A stretch of 64,000 nt of DNA from Mytilus edulis (lineage: Eukaryota), in contig NC_092353.1 in NCBI RefSeq assembly GCF_963676685.1, positions 1,364,001 to 1,428,000 of the forward strand. The letters are read 5' to 3'. A program made the position numbers and the translations under genes. The notes under the pieces are model-generated. The model was given only the letters and a program-made list of their open reading frames with translations, was not told where the DNA came from and searched no databases. Below are positions 10,168-24,171 of the stretch, one piece after another; within the stretch, counting starts at the first letter, position 1; each line of letters begins with the position of its first letter.

Positions 10168-13100
10168 TACATGTATTTGGACATTGAATTAGTGATTGAA
10201 GGACCTATTTATTACTACATGTATTTGGACATTGAATTAGTGATTGAAGGACCTATTTATTACTACATGTATTTGGACATTGAATTAGTGATTGAAGGAC
10301 CTATTTATTACTACATGTATTTGGACATTGAATTAGTGATTGAGGACCTATTTATTACTACATGTATTTGGACATTGAATTAGTGATTGAAGGACCTATT
10401 TATTACTACATGTATTTGGACATTGAATTAGTGATTGAAGGACCTATTTATTACTACATGTATTTGGACATTGAATTAGTGATTGAAGGACCTATTTATT
10501 ACTACATGTATTTGGACATTGAATTAGTGATTGAAGGACCTATTTATTACTACATGTATTTGGACATTGAATTAGTGATTGAAGGACCTATTTATTACTA
10601 CATGTATTTGGACATTGAATTAGTGATTGAAGGACCTATTTATTACTACATGTATTTGGACATTGAATTAGTGATTGAAGGACCTATTTATTACTACATG
10701 TATTTGGACATTGAATTAGTGATTGAAGGACCTATTTATTACTACATGTATTTGGACATTGAATTAGTGATTGAGGACCTATTTATTACTACATGTATTT
10801 GGACATTGAATTAGTGATTGAAGGACCTATTTATTACTACATGTATTTGGACATTGAATTAGTGATTGAAGGACCTATTTATTACTACATGTATTTGGAC
10901 ATTGAATTAGTGATTGAAGGACCTATTTATTACTACATGTATTTGGACATTGAATTAGTGATTGAAGGACCTATTTATTACTACATGTATTTGGACATTG
11001 AATTAGTGATTGAAGGACCTATTTATTACTACATGTATTTGGACATTGAATTAGTGATTGAGGACCTATTTATTACTTACATGTATTTGGACATAGAATT
11101 AGTGATTGAAGGACCTATTTATTACTACATGTATTTGGACATTGAATTAGTGATTGAAGGACCTATTTATTACTACATGTATTTGGACATTGAATTAGTG
11201 ATTGAAGGACCTATTTATTACTACATGTATTTGGACATTGAATTAGTGATTGAAGGACCTATTTATTACTACATGTATTTGGACATTGAATTAGTGATTG
11301 AGGACCTATTTATTACTACATGTATTTGGACATAGAATTAGTGATTGAAGGACCTATTTATTACTACATGTATTTGGACATTGAATTAGTGATTGAAGGA
11401 CCTATTTATTACTACATGTATTTGGACATTGAATTAGTGATTGAGGACCTATTTATTACTACATGTATTTGGACATAGAATTAGTGATTGAAGGACCTAT
11501 TTATTACTACATGTATTTGGACATAGAATTAGTGATTGAAGGACCTATTTATTACTACATGTATTTGGACATTGAATTAGTGATTGAAGGACCTATATAT
11601 TACTACATGTATTTGGACATTGAATTAGTGATTGAAGGACCTATTTATTACTACATGTATTTGGACATTGAATTAGTGATTGAAGGACCTATTTATTACT
11701 ACATGTATTTGGACATTGAATTAGTGATTGAAGGACCTATTTATTACTACATGTATTTGGACATTGAATTAGTGATTGAAGGACCTATTTATTACTACAT
11801 GTATTTGGACATTGAATTAGTGATTGAAGGACCTATTTATTACTACATGTATTTGGACATAGAATTAGTGATTGAAGGACCTATTTATTACTACATGTAT
11901 TTGGACATTGAATTAGTGATTGAGGACCTATTTATTACTACATGTATTTGGACATTGAATTAGTGATTGAAGGACCTATTTATTACTACATGTATTTGGA
12001 CATAGAATTAGTGATTGAAGGACCTATTTATTACTACATGTATTTGGACATAGAATTAGTGATTGAAAGGACCTATTTATTACTACATGTATTTGGACAT
12101 TGAATTAGTGATTGAAGGACCTATTTATTACTACATGTATTTGGACATAGAATTAGTGATTGAAGGACCTATTTATTACTACATGTATTTGGACATAGAA
12201 TTAGTGATTGAAGGACCTATTTATTACTACATGTATTTGGACATTGAATTAGTGATTGAAGGACCTATTTATTACTACATGTATTTGGACATTGAATTAG
12301 TGATTGAAGGACCTATTTATTACTACATGTATTTGGACATTGAATTAGTGATTGAAGGACCTATTTATTACTACATGTATTTGGACATTGAATTAGTGAT
12401 TGAGGACCTATTTATTACTACATGTATTTGGACATTGAATTAGTGATTGAGGACCTATTTATTACTACATGTATTTGGACATTGAATTAGTGATTGAAGG
12501 ACCTATTTATTACTACATGTATTTGGACATTGAATTAGTGATTGAGGACCTATTTATTACTACATGTATTTGGACATTGAATTAGTGATTGAAGGACCTA
12601 TTTATTACTACATGTATTTGGACATTGAATTAGTGATTGAAGGACCTATATATTACTACATGTATTTGGACATTGAATTAGTGATTGAAGGACCTATATA
12701 TTACTACATGTATTTGGACATTGAATTAGTGATTGAAGGACCTATTTATTACTACATGTATTTGGACATAGAATTAGTGATTGAAGGACCTATTTATTAC
12801 TACATGTATTTGGACATTGAATTAGTGATTGAAGGACCTATTTATTACTACATGTATTTGGACATTGAATTAGTGATTGAAGGACCTATTTATTACTACA
12901 TGTATTTGGACATTGAATTAGTGATTGAAGGACCTATTTATTACTACATGTATTTGGACATTGAATTAGTGATTGAAGGACCTATTTATTACTACATGTA
13001 TTTGGACATTGAATTAGTGATTGAAGGACCTATTTATTACTACATGTATTTGGACATTGAATTAGTGATTGAAGGACCTATTTATTACTACATGTATTTG

Positions 13101-14477
13101 GACATTGAATTAGTGATTGAAGGACCTATTTATTACTACATGTATTTGGACATTGAATTAGTGATTGAAGGACCTATTTATTACTACATGTATTTGGACA
13201 TTGAATTAGTGATTGAAGGACCTATTTATTACTACATGTATTTGGACATTGAATTAGTGATTGAAGGACCTATTTATTACTACATGTATTTGGACATTGA
13301 ATTAGTGATTGAAGGACCTATTTATTACTACATGTATTTGGACATTGAATTAGTGATTGAAGGACCTATTTATTACTACATGTATTTGGACATTGAATTA
13401 GTGATTGAAGGACCTATTTATTACTACATGTATTTGGACATTGAATTAGTGATTGAAGGACCTATTTATTACTACATGTATTTGGACATTGAATTAGTGA
13501 TTGAAGGACCTATTTATTACTACATGTATTTGGACATTGAATTAGTGATTGAAGGACCTATTTATTACTACATGTATTTGGACATTGAATTAGTGATTGA
13601 AGGACCTATTTATTACTACATGTATTTGGACATTGAATTAGTGATTGAAGGACCTATTTATTACTACATGTATTTGGACATAGAATTAGTGATTGAAGGA
13701 CCTATTTATTACTACATGTATTTGGACATTGAATTAGTGATTGAAGGACCTATTTATTACTACATGTATTTGGACATTGAATTAGTGATTGAAGGACCTA
13801 TTTATTACTACATGTATTTGGACATTGAATTAGTGATTGAAGGACCTATTTATTACTACATGTATTTGGACATTGAATTAGTGATTGAAGGACCTATTTA
13901 TTACTACATGTATTTGGACATTGAATTAGTGATTGAAGGACCTATTTATTACTACATGTATTTGGACATAGAATTAGTGATTGAAGGACCTATTTATTAC
14001 TACATGTATTTGGACATAGAATTAGTGATTGAAGGACCTATTTATTACTACATGTATTTGGACATAGAATTAGTGATTGAAGGACCTATTTATTACTACA
14101 TGTATTTGGACATTGAATTAGTGATTGAAGGACCCTATTTATTACTACATGTATTTGGACATTGAATTAGTGATTGAAGGACCTATTTATTACTACATGT
14201 ATTTGGGACATTGAATTAGTGATTGAAGGACCTATTTATTACTACATGTATTTTGGACATTGAATTAGTGATTGAAGGACCTATTTATTACTACATGTAT
14301 TTGGACATTGAATTAGTGATTGAAGGACCTATTTATTACTACATGTATTTGGACAATTGAATTGAAGGACCTATTTATTACTACATGTATTTGGACATTG
14401 AATTAGTGATTGAAGGACCTATTTATTACTACATGTATTTGGACATTAAATTAGTGATTGAGGACCTATTTATTACT
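10168..14477. repeat. 48-bp satellite, copy A (~90 units), in DCAF6 intron 3
   Basis: Unit TACATGTATTTGGACATTGAATTAGTGATTGAAGGACCTATTTATTAC, nearly invariant. Confidence 0.98.
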
Positions 14478-14605
14478 ATTGGGAAATAATTATCCTTTTG
14501 TTCTTATTAGCTGTAGCAATCAGCTTTAATGAAATAAAGAGAAAATGACAAATAATTTTCAGTAGAATCTGCACCTTTTTTTACTTCTATTATCTGATTA
14601 TTTAC

Positions 14606-14698
14606 CTTCCTCTTGAATGGATCTGTTATAACCAAGTGCTGATCATCTGATCCTGATAAAATATTCTGACCTGAAGAACTCCAACATAAAGTGTTTAC
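14606..14698 (-). CDS. DCAF6: DCAF6 coding exon 3, copy A ([31 protein letters not shown])
   Basis: 93 nt, tttttcag| and |gtaaat. Identical to 19205-19297. One of the two copies is probably an assembly artefact. Confidence 0.6.
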
Positions 14699-14919
14699 CT
14701 GAAAAATAAGGCATTTTCCATAATAAATTTATTAAAGTACAGATTCTTTTTTTTTTTAATTATCTCCCTTGGAATATGTATGTATACTCTCTTTATTATT
14801 ATATTAATTATAATAAATTAAAGACAAATTCTTATGATGTCATGATCAGATTTTGAGACTGGTTCTAAAACTCGTTGTACAACTGTATAAGTAGTTAAGA
14901 ACCCATGCACATCATTTGT

Positions 14920-15019
14920 NNNNNNNNNNNNNNNNNNNNNNNNNNNNNNNNNNNNNNNNNNNNNNNNNNNNNNNNNNNNNNNNNNNNNNNNNNNNNNNNN
15001 NNNNNNNNNNNNNNNNNNN
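14920..15019. other. Assembly gap (100 N)
   Basis: Run of N. Confidence 1.
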
Positions 15020-18000
15020 CATTGAATTAGTGATTGAAGGACCTATTTATTACTACATGTATTTGGACATTGAATTAGTGATTGAAGGACCTATTTATTA
15101 CTACATGTATTTGGACATTGAATTAGTGATTGAAGGACCTATTTATTACTACATGTATTTGGACATTGAATTAGTGATTGAAGGACCTATTTATTACTAC
15201 ATGTATTTGGACATTGAATTAGTGATTGAAGGACCTATTTATTACTACATGTATTTGGACATTGAATTAGTGATTGAAGGACCTATTTATTACTACATGT
15301 ATTTGGACATTGAATTAGTGATTGAAGGACCTATTTATTACTACATGTATTTGGACATTGAATTAGTGATTGAGGACCTATTTATTACTACATGTATTTG
15401 GACATTGAATTAGTGATTGAAGGACCTATTTATTACTACATGTATTTGGACATTGAATTAGTGATTGAAGGACCTATTTATTACTACATGTATTTGGACA
15501 TTGAATTAGTGATTGAAGGACCTATTTATTACTACATGTATTTGGACATTGAATTAGTGATTGAAGGACCTATTTATTACTACATGTATTTGGACATTGA
15601 ATTAGTGATTGAAGGACCTATTTATTACTACATGTATTTGGACATTGAATTAGTGATTGAGGACCTATTTATTACTACATGTATTTGGACATAGAATTAG
15701 TGATTGAAGGACCTATTTATTACTACATGTATTTGGACATTGAATTAGTGATTGAAGGACCTATTTATTACTACATGTATTTGGACATTGAATTAGTGAT
15801 TGAAGGACCTATTTATTACTACATGTATTTGGACATTGAATTAGTGATTGAAGGACCTATTTATTACTACATGTATTTGGACATTGAATTAGTGATTGAG
15901 GACCTATTTATTACTACATGTATTTGGACATAGAATTAGTGATTGAAGGACCTATTTATTACTACATGTATTTGGACATTGAATTAGTGATTGAAGGACC
16001 TATTTATTACTACATGTATTTGGACATTGAATTAGTGATTGAGGACCTATTTATTACTACATGTATTTGGACATAGAATTAGTGATTGAAGGACCTATTT
16101 ATTACTACATGTATTTGGACATAGAATTAGTGATTGAAGGACCTATTTATTACTACATGTATTTGGACATTGAATTAGTGATTGAAGGACCTATATATTA
16201 CTACATGTATTTGGACATTGAATTAGTGATTGAAGGACCTATTTATTACTACATGTATTTGGACATTGAATTAGTGATTGAAGGACCTATTTATTACTAC
16301 ATGTATTTGGACATTGAATTAGTGATTGAAGGACCTATTTATTACTACATGTATTTGGACATTGAATTAGTGATTGAAGGACCTATTTATTACTACATGT
16401 ATTTGGACATTGAATTAGTGATTGAAGGACCTATTTATTACTACATGTATTTGGACATAGAATTAGTGATTGAAGGACCTATTTATTACTACATGTATTT
16501 GGACATTGAATTAGTGATTGAGGACCTATTTATTACTACATGTATTTGGACATTGAATTAGTGATTGAAGGACCTATTTATTACTACATGTATTTGGACA
16601 TAGAATTAGTGATTGAAGGACCTATTTATTACTACATGTATTTGGACATAGAATTAGTGATTGAAGGACCTATTTATTACTACATGTATTTGGACATTGA
16701 ATTAGTGATTGAAGGACCTATTTATTACTACATGTATTTGGACATAGAATTAGTGATTGAAGGACCTATTTATTACTACATGTATTTGGACATAGAATTA
16801 GTGATTGAAGGACCTATTTATTACTACATGTATTTGGACATTGAATTAGTGATTGAAGGACCTATTTATTACTACATGTATTTGGACATTGAATTAGTGA
16901 TTGAAGGACCTATTTATTACTACATGTATTTGGACATTGAATTAGTGATTGAAGGACCTATTTATTACTACATGTATTTGGACATTGAATTAGTGATTGA
17001 GGACCTATTTATTACTACATGTATTTGGACATTGAATTAGTGATTGAGGACCTATTTATTACTACATGTATTTGGACATTGAATTAGTGATTGAAGGACC
17101 TATTTATTACTACATGTATTTGGACATTGAATTAGTGATTGAGGACCTATTTATTACTACATGTATTTGGACATTGAATTAGTGATTGAAGGACCTATTT
17201 ATTACTACATGTATTTGGACATTGAATTAGTGATTGAAGGACCTATATATTACTACATGTATTTGGACATTGAATTAGTGATTGAAGGACCTATATATTA
17301 CTACATGTATTTGGACATTGAATTAGTGATTGAAGGACCTATTTATTACTACATGTATTTGGACATAGAATTAGTGATTGAAGGACCTATTTATTACTAC
17401 ATGTATTTGGACATTGAATTAGTGATTGAAGGACCTATTTATTACTACATGTATTTGGACATTGAATTAGTGATTGAAGGACCTATTTATTACTACATGT
17501 ATTTGGACATTGAATTAGTGATTGAAGGACCTATTTATTACTACATGTATTTGGACATTGAATTAGTGATTGAAGGACCTATTTATTACTACATGTATTT
17601 GGACATTGAATTAGTGATTGAAGGACCTATTTATTACTACATGTATTTGGACATTGAATTAGTGATTGAAGGACCTATTTATTACTACATGTATTTGGAC
17701 ATTGAATTAGTGATTGAAGGACCTATTTATTACTACATGTATTTGGACATTGAATTAGTGATTGAAGGACCTATTTATTACTACATGTATTTGGACATTG
17801 AATTAGTGATTGAAGGACCTATTTATTACTACATGTATTTGGACATTGAATTAGTGATTGAAGGACCTATTTATTACTACATGTATTTGGACATTGAATT
17901 AGTGATTGAAGGACCTATTTATTACTACATGTATTTGGACATTGAATTAGTGATTGAAGGACCTATTTATTACTACATGTATTTGGACATTGAATTAGTG

Positions 18001-19077
18001 ATTGAAGGACCTATTTATTACTACATGTATTTGGACATTGAATTAGTGATTGAAGGACCTATTTATTACTACATGTATTTGGACATTGAATTAGTGATTG
18101 AAGGACCTATTTATTACTACATGTATTTGGACATTGAATTAGTGATTGAAGGACCTATTTATTACTACATGTATTTGGACATTGAATTAGTGATTGAAGG
18201 ACCTATTTATTACTACATGTATTTGGACATTGAATTAGTGATTGAAGGACCTATTTATTACTACATGTATTTGGACATAGAATTAGTGATTGAAGGACCT
18301 ATTTATTACTACATGTATTTGGACATTGAATTAGTGATTGAAGGACCTATTTATTACTACATGTATTTGGACATTGAATTAGTGATTGAAGGACCTATTT
18401 ATTACTACATGTATTTGGACATTGAATTAGTGATTGAAGGACCTATTTATTACTACATGTATTTGGACATTGAATTAGTGATTGAAGGACCTATTTATTA
18501 CTACATGTATTTGGACATTGAATTAGTGATTGAAGGACCTATTTATTACTACATGTATTTGGACATAGAATTAGTGATTGAAGGACCTATTTATTACTAC
18601 ATGTATTTGGACATAGAATTAGTGATTGAAGGACCTATTTATTACTACATGTATTTGGACATAGAATTAGTGATTGAAGGACCTATTTATTACTACATGT
18701 ATTTGGACATTGAATTAGTGATTGAAGGACCTATTTATTACTACATGTATTTGGACATTGAATTAGTGATTGAAGGACCTATTTATTACTACATGTATTT
18801 GGGCATTGAATTAGTGATTGAAGGACCTATTTATTACTACATGTATTTGGACATTGAATTAGTGATTGAAGGACCTATTTATTACTACATGTATTTGGAC
18901 ATTGAATTAGTGATTGAAGGACCTATTTATTACTACATGTATTTGGACATTGAATTAGTGATTGAAGGACCTATTTATTACTACATGTATTTGGACATTG
19001 AATTAGTGATTGAAGGACCTATTTATTACTACATGTATTTGGACATTAAATTAGTGATTGAGGACCTATTTATTACT
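15020..19077. repeat. 48-bp satellite, copy B (~84 units)
   Basis: Same unit and same order of variant units as copy A. Confidence 0.98.
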
Positions 19078-19204
19078 ATTGGGAAATAATTATCCTTTGT
19101 TCTTATTAGCTGTAGCAATCAGCTTTAATGAAATAAAGAGAAAATGACAAATAATTTTCAGTAGAATCTGCACCTTTTTTTACTTCTATTATCTGATTAT
19201 TTAC

Positions 19205-19297
19205 CTTCCTCTTGAATGGATCTGTTATAACCAAGTGCTGATCATCTGATCCTGATAAAATATTCTGACCTGAAGAACTCCAACATAAAGTGTTTAC
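19205..19297 (-). CDS. DCAF6: DCAF6 coding exon 3, copy B
   Basis: 93 nt, phase 0/0. Matches DCAF6 VNTICW...ILSGSDD. Contiguous with exons 1-2. Confidence 0.9.
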
Positions 19298-19567
19298 CTG
19301 AAAAATAAGGCATTTTCCATAATAAATTTATTAAAGTACAGATTCTTTTTTTTTTTAATTATCTCCCTTGGAATATGTATGTATACTCTCTTTATTATTA
19401 TATTAATTATAATAAATTAAAGACAAATTCTTATGATGTCATGATCAGATTTTGAGACTGGTTCTAAAACTCGTTGTACAACTGTATAAGTAGTTAAGAA
19501 CCCATGCACATCATTTGTCCAAAGGATAGATAACTCTTGATATGGTATAAAACAACTTAATACTTAC

Positions 19568-19629
19568 ACATCCTGTGTGGGCCTCTACTTTACTGTCCAA
19601 CTTCAGTCTTTGTAGGAAGTCTTTGTTTT
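19568..19629 (-). CDS. DCAF6: DCAF6 coding exon 2 ((E)NKDFLQRLKLDSKVEAHTGC)
   Basis: 62 nt, ttttctag| and |gtaagt, phase 1/0. Matches DCAF6 FIQRLKL...HxGC. Confidence 0.92.
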
Positions 19630-20284
19630 CTAGAAAACAAATTAAAATAAAAGTCTATTTTTTGTTAGTCCAAATAATTTGTTTCTTTTCATTTCTTTAA
19701 CAAATTTATTTATCTTCGAAGTTTCATAATCTAAAGTTAAATGAACTTCAATATGAATGGAAGTTTTGTTTTAAAACTGTAAACTGGGTGATTTTCCATT
19801 TTCTATTAGTTTTAGTTGTTAAAAGTGATGTTCTTCACACAAAGTGGCCTACATCTAAATTGAATAGGTAAAAACCTTTTAAATTATGGTGGGTTTTTTT
19901 ACTTAAATGATTTTTGTTTTCTTTGTGATAGGAACCCGTTCATTAAATAAACAGAGTTACTAGTTATGGAGAAAAACAGCTATATATAGTCATTATGTAT
20001 TTTTGATCGAGATAGCATAAAACACTTAATTTTCTAACCATACACAATCAAACAAAAATGAAATATTTATTGTATATAGCATCTGGCATTTAGGAGTAAG
20101 AGAGGTCTTCCTGCTGTCTGTTATCTTGTGATTAGCATTTCAAAAATCAGGCTGTGCATGTCTATCTACTAAGTTTGGTTGGAAATAATTCACTGAACTA
20201 TCCATAAATGCAGGATACTTTTGTAGTGTAAATAAAATGTGTTTTTTATACACATTTAATACCTGAAAAGGCCCATATTAACAA

Positions 20285-20730
20285 CCAACAAGAGTACACA
20301 TGCTGAAATGTCTTGCATTCTTTACAAACCATTGATATTATGTTGATAGTTCTAAATATAAAGCTTTACTTATAAAACTATCACATCAACTTAACATGAT
20401 CCAAGAAAATGAGGTAAAGGTCATATAAACCAAACGAAAAATACATGTACACCTTACAACATGTACAATCATTCAATCCACTAAATATAGATGACCTATT
20501 GATTATAGTTACTAGGAAACAGACTTAACCAAGACAACTAAACATTGACCAATATTAACCATGAAAATTAATGTCAAGGCCAGATGAACCATTCCAGGCG
20601 GACATGTACAGCTTACAACAGTGTACATTTCTTCCATACAGCAAATATAGTTGACCTATTGCCTCAAGAAAAACAGACAATGCATTTTAATTTTATTTAT
20701 CGAGGGCATGCTATGCCTTAAAAATGTCCA
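20285..20730 (+). mobile_element. Degenerate Pearl/HINE-like element with two core modules
   Basis: AACAAGAG start and two diverged ~190-bp modules containing AAATATAGxTGACCTATTG and AAGG(T/C)CA. Confidence 0.45.
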
Positions 20731-20872
20731 GGTGCACATGTTTGTCTGTACTCTGAGTAAATTTTTTGAGGTGAAAATGCAGCCATTTTTGCCCTAATGC
20801 CGATATTATTGGGCCTAGACAGCTAGATGCAATTTATCAGATAAAATTTAAAAAGCATAAAAGTTAATTAAC

Positions 20873-20942
20873 CTTTTGCGATGTTGAAAAGCTTAGCCTT
20901 TTCAACAAACCCATATTCACGGGACTGAAGAGGATGAAACAT
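20873..20942 (-). CDS. DCAF6: DCAF6 coding exon 1 (MFHPLQSREYGFVEKAKLFNIAK)
   Basis: ATG at 20942 and a phase-1 donor G|gttaat that joins exon 2 in frame. The RExG motif is typical of DCAF6/DCAF8 N-termini. The true start could lie upstream. Confidence 0.75.
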
Positions 20943-21790
20943 TTTACAATAACATCTCAAACAAACGTTTCCTTTGCTGTCAGACTGTTGTTGGTTTGTA
21001 TTTTTTTGACAGATGTAAGGGAGATAATAAAGTAAATGAGTACATCTGAAAACCAAATTAGGTTTCACTAAATACCAACGGTCCAATATCAAAATGTTGA
21101 TTGTTAACTTTTTATCATCACTGACATAAATAAATTTTATCACATATTTTTTTATCTTTTACCAACAAGTTTTACCATTCATCCTTATTATTTTTGTTTT
21201 ACTAAAACAAAGTTACATTTTTAAACTTAATAGAATTTTAATATTTTATAAAAAATACGCATTTTTACAAATTAATATCTAAAACTAGAATATGTTTAAT
21301 GCGGTGACCCTGCAAAGGGTTACTTTCGTCAGCAACGTTTTCGGTCTTTTAATTTCACGTATTTTCGTGTTTTGATGTTTTATTTCTCGTTTTCTCGTTT
21401 TTTGCTCGATTTGCGTGCTTCGTGTTAATTCCCCTTATTTTTTCCGTGTTTCGTGTCGGTTCTCTTAATTTCTCGTGGATGTCCCGCATTTGATTAAAAA
21501 GTCAGTGTGTTATGGTACCTTTAAAGCTTGAGTAATCTAAAAGAAATTGATGTGACCATTCTACTTTTGTAATGTGTATGGAATTAATGAAAGTTTATCA
21601 AATTACTATGAATAATATTTTTTTCAAATAAGATGCAAGTAGGGGATGCTAAAAGGTCTTCATGTCCATTATTAATGACTGCATGATCTCCAAGAACGGC
21701 TGAGTAATAACTTCTGGCGTGTTTCCGTGTTCAGTATTCCCCTTTCCCCTTTACCACCCTCTGCAAATAGAGTGAACTTCCGAAGCCGAA

Positions 21791-21935
21791 NNNNNNNNNN
21801 NNNNNNNNNNNNNNNNNNNNNNNNNNNNNNNNNNNNNNNNNNNNNNNNNNNNNNNNNNNNNNNNNNNNNNNNNNNNNNNNNNNNNNNNNNNNNNNNNNNN
21901 NNNNNNNNNNNNNNNNNNNNNNNNNNNNNNNNNNN
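21791..21935. other. Assembly gap (145 N)
   Basis: Run of N. Confidence 1.
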
Positions 21936-22797
21936 TTTATTTCATAGACGATCTTCTCTATTTATTTTTTTAAATGAAAATCGTCCTCTTAAAAACAAAT
22001 AAGATGCAGATTTAAATAGAAACGTCAGATCAATCATACAGAGCACTATCTGCATGAATTGCATCACGTTTTCAACGTGGAAAGCAAAGCATTGGGTTAA
22101 GCGATTTACAGAAAAAAGAATATAAAGACTAAACAAAATAATATATCATGAAATGTCTTCTTATAAAAGGTAAAACTATATAAAAAAAATATTGTTTGTT
22201 TCTGTGTTACATTTTTTTTCGTTCATTTTTTGTACATAAATTACTTTTTTACATTTGATTTGTTTTACATTGTCTATATTTATACTGTGTGTGTATTGCA
22301 TATGTTATTGTTTATAATAATATTGTCTGTATCATATGCCCTCCTGGGGCCCTAATTTGGTAAAATAAAATATTCTATTCTATTCTATTCTATTCATTGT
22401 CATTTCGGGGCCTTTTATAGACTGCTTGTTGCTTATACTATCATAATTGTTAATTGTAAATGCCCCTGTGGATTGGAACAAGGACGTATAACTTGATTGG
22501 AATAATAAAATATTTGATATTTGATTTTGATATATATATTGTTATAACATTTGCGTCTCTTCTAGAAATACCAGAAGTATTTTTACAACATGCACGTAAG
22601 TGAGAACGTTAGTCAGATCGATGCCTCAACAAGATCAATAATGACAAGGAACCACTTTGCAATGAAGTTATCATATCTTGTTAGTGTATCCGCATAGTAA
22701 CGTATTATGACGTTAGATTGTTAGAATAGCAACGTTGTTAGTGAAATCTAAACGCGACTGTCTTGATCAGGGATGACCAGTTTTCAACGCTTTAATT

Positions 22798-23736
22798 ATG
22801 GCTGGGAGAATTTTTAACATTTTTAGAAAACGCCCGAGTAGATACATAGCAGCAACTCAGACATTGGCGGCTTGTCAGAAAACATTCACAAATGGAGTGG
22901 GAGAAATAAGTTTGGCCAACGGAAACTTGAAGACTTTTTATGATAATTTTTCTGATCTACTTCGCTTTAATCAGGTAAAGTTACAATTAGCCGAAGAACT
23001 TATAAACAAACTTTATGATGAAATGTCATCCTTAGGAGGGGTGGCAGTGAAACTAAGACAGCAAATTGAGAGAGATGAAAAACATCTAGAAGAAAGGAAG
23101 AAACTCGTGTCGGTTATACAGAATGAAATTCAACAGCTCCGAAATAATCTGAATACGATGAAAGAGGAGCACGGATTTAACGAATGGATCGCTAAAAACA
23201 AAGAAGATAACTCTAGTTTAGAAAACTACCAAGCAGATCGGTTAGCTGTTGAAATGGACATTTTTAGATGTCTACAGAAAATACAACAGTTGTCGGGAGC
23301 GCACGATGAAACAGATAACGAAACTATCATACTTCAAGATTTGAGGGAAAACTACAATGAAGTACACGATGAAGATATCAAAGCTTTATCAGCACAGTTA
23401 GACATGGTCAGACAGAAACGTAAGCTATTTAGCGTTCAACCAATAGAGAAAGCTCGAGAAATTATTTTCTTGTTTTCATCAAAAACAGCGGAACTTGAAT
23501 TAAATCAACAAGAACTTCTTCAAACAAGAACTTTGGTCAAATTAAGACAAGATCAGATAATAGCACTAAAAGAAGAACATGGAGCTTTAGGAGAACACAA
23601 CGACGAACTTATGTATAGATTAATGGAAGATAAAGATGAGCTTAATAAGCTCAAGAATGAAACAGACAAAAGTCAGCCTTTGGAATATAATCTACCATCT
23701 GGAGAAAAAATCAAACGCTGGGTAGTTAACAAGTAA
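22798..23736 (+). CDS. Single-exon 312-aa coiled-coil protein, function unknown
   Basis: 939-nt uninterrupted, non-repetitive ORF in AT-rich DNA with ATG start, E/K/L/Q heptad-rich composition and AATAAA at ~23823. Confidence 0.75.
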   Translation: MAGRIFNIFRKRPSRYIAATQTLAACQKTFTNGVGEISLANGNLKTFYDNFSDLLRFNQVKLQLAEELINKLYDEMSSLGGVAVKLRQQIERDEKHLEERKKLVSVIQNEIQQLRNNLNTMKEEHGFNEWIAKNKEDNSSLENYQADRLAVEMDIFRCLQKIQQLSGAHDETDNETIILQDLRENYNEVHDEDIKALSAQLDMVRQKRKLFSVQPIEKAREIIFLFSSKTAELELNQQELLQTRTLVKLRQDQIIALKEEHGALGEHNDELMYRLMEDKDELNKLKNETDKSQPLEYNLPSGEKIKRWVVNK

Positions 23737-24171
23737 AAAAAGATCTAACCTAAAAATCAAACGCTGGGTAGTTAACAAGTTAAAAAAAAGATCTAACATA
23801 TTATCTTAGTTGTACTTACTTGAATAAACTTATATTTAAGTAAACATCAACAGATGGTTGTTATAACTTATTACTTGAGGGAGGGATGACTCTGACAAAA
23901 GATGTTGACTTTTAGCGCATTGTGCTCATATTAAACTTATTTCGTACATAAAGCATCATTATAGCTCTTTTATAAACGATTCCTATCAAAAAGTTTATAA
24001 AGAGTCCACTCGTTTAGTCAGTGTTATCTGTAAAGATGTTAACATATTTTACCAATTTTCATATCATCTTAATAAAAGTAAAATTGCTAAAGTTGGTCGA
24101 AATCGTTTAATGACAATAACACAAATACTATAGAAACCCACAGAAGTCAATTATCGGTTTTAGTCCTAACG

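Noticed and set aside
10171-19089. Long MYLDIELVIEGPIYYY-repeat ORFs, or a CRISPR-like array
   Set aside because: A satellite whose unit length is divisible by 3, with recurrent frameshifting units. There are no unique spacers or cas genes, and the context is a eukaryotic intron.
21310-21780. TTTCGTG-rich segment as a DCAF6 promoter or a MITE
   Set aside because: It looks like transposon subterminal repeats, but no convincing TIR/TSD could be fixed and it abuts a gap.
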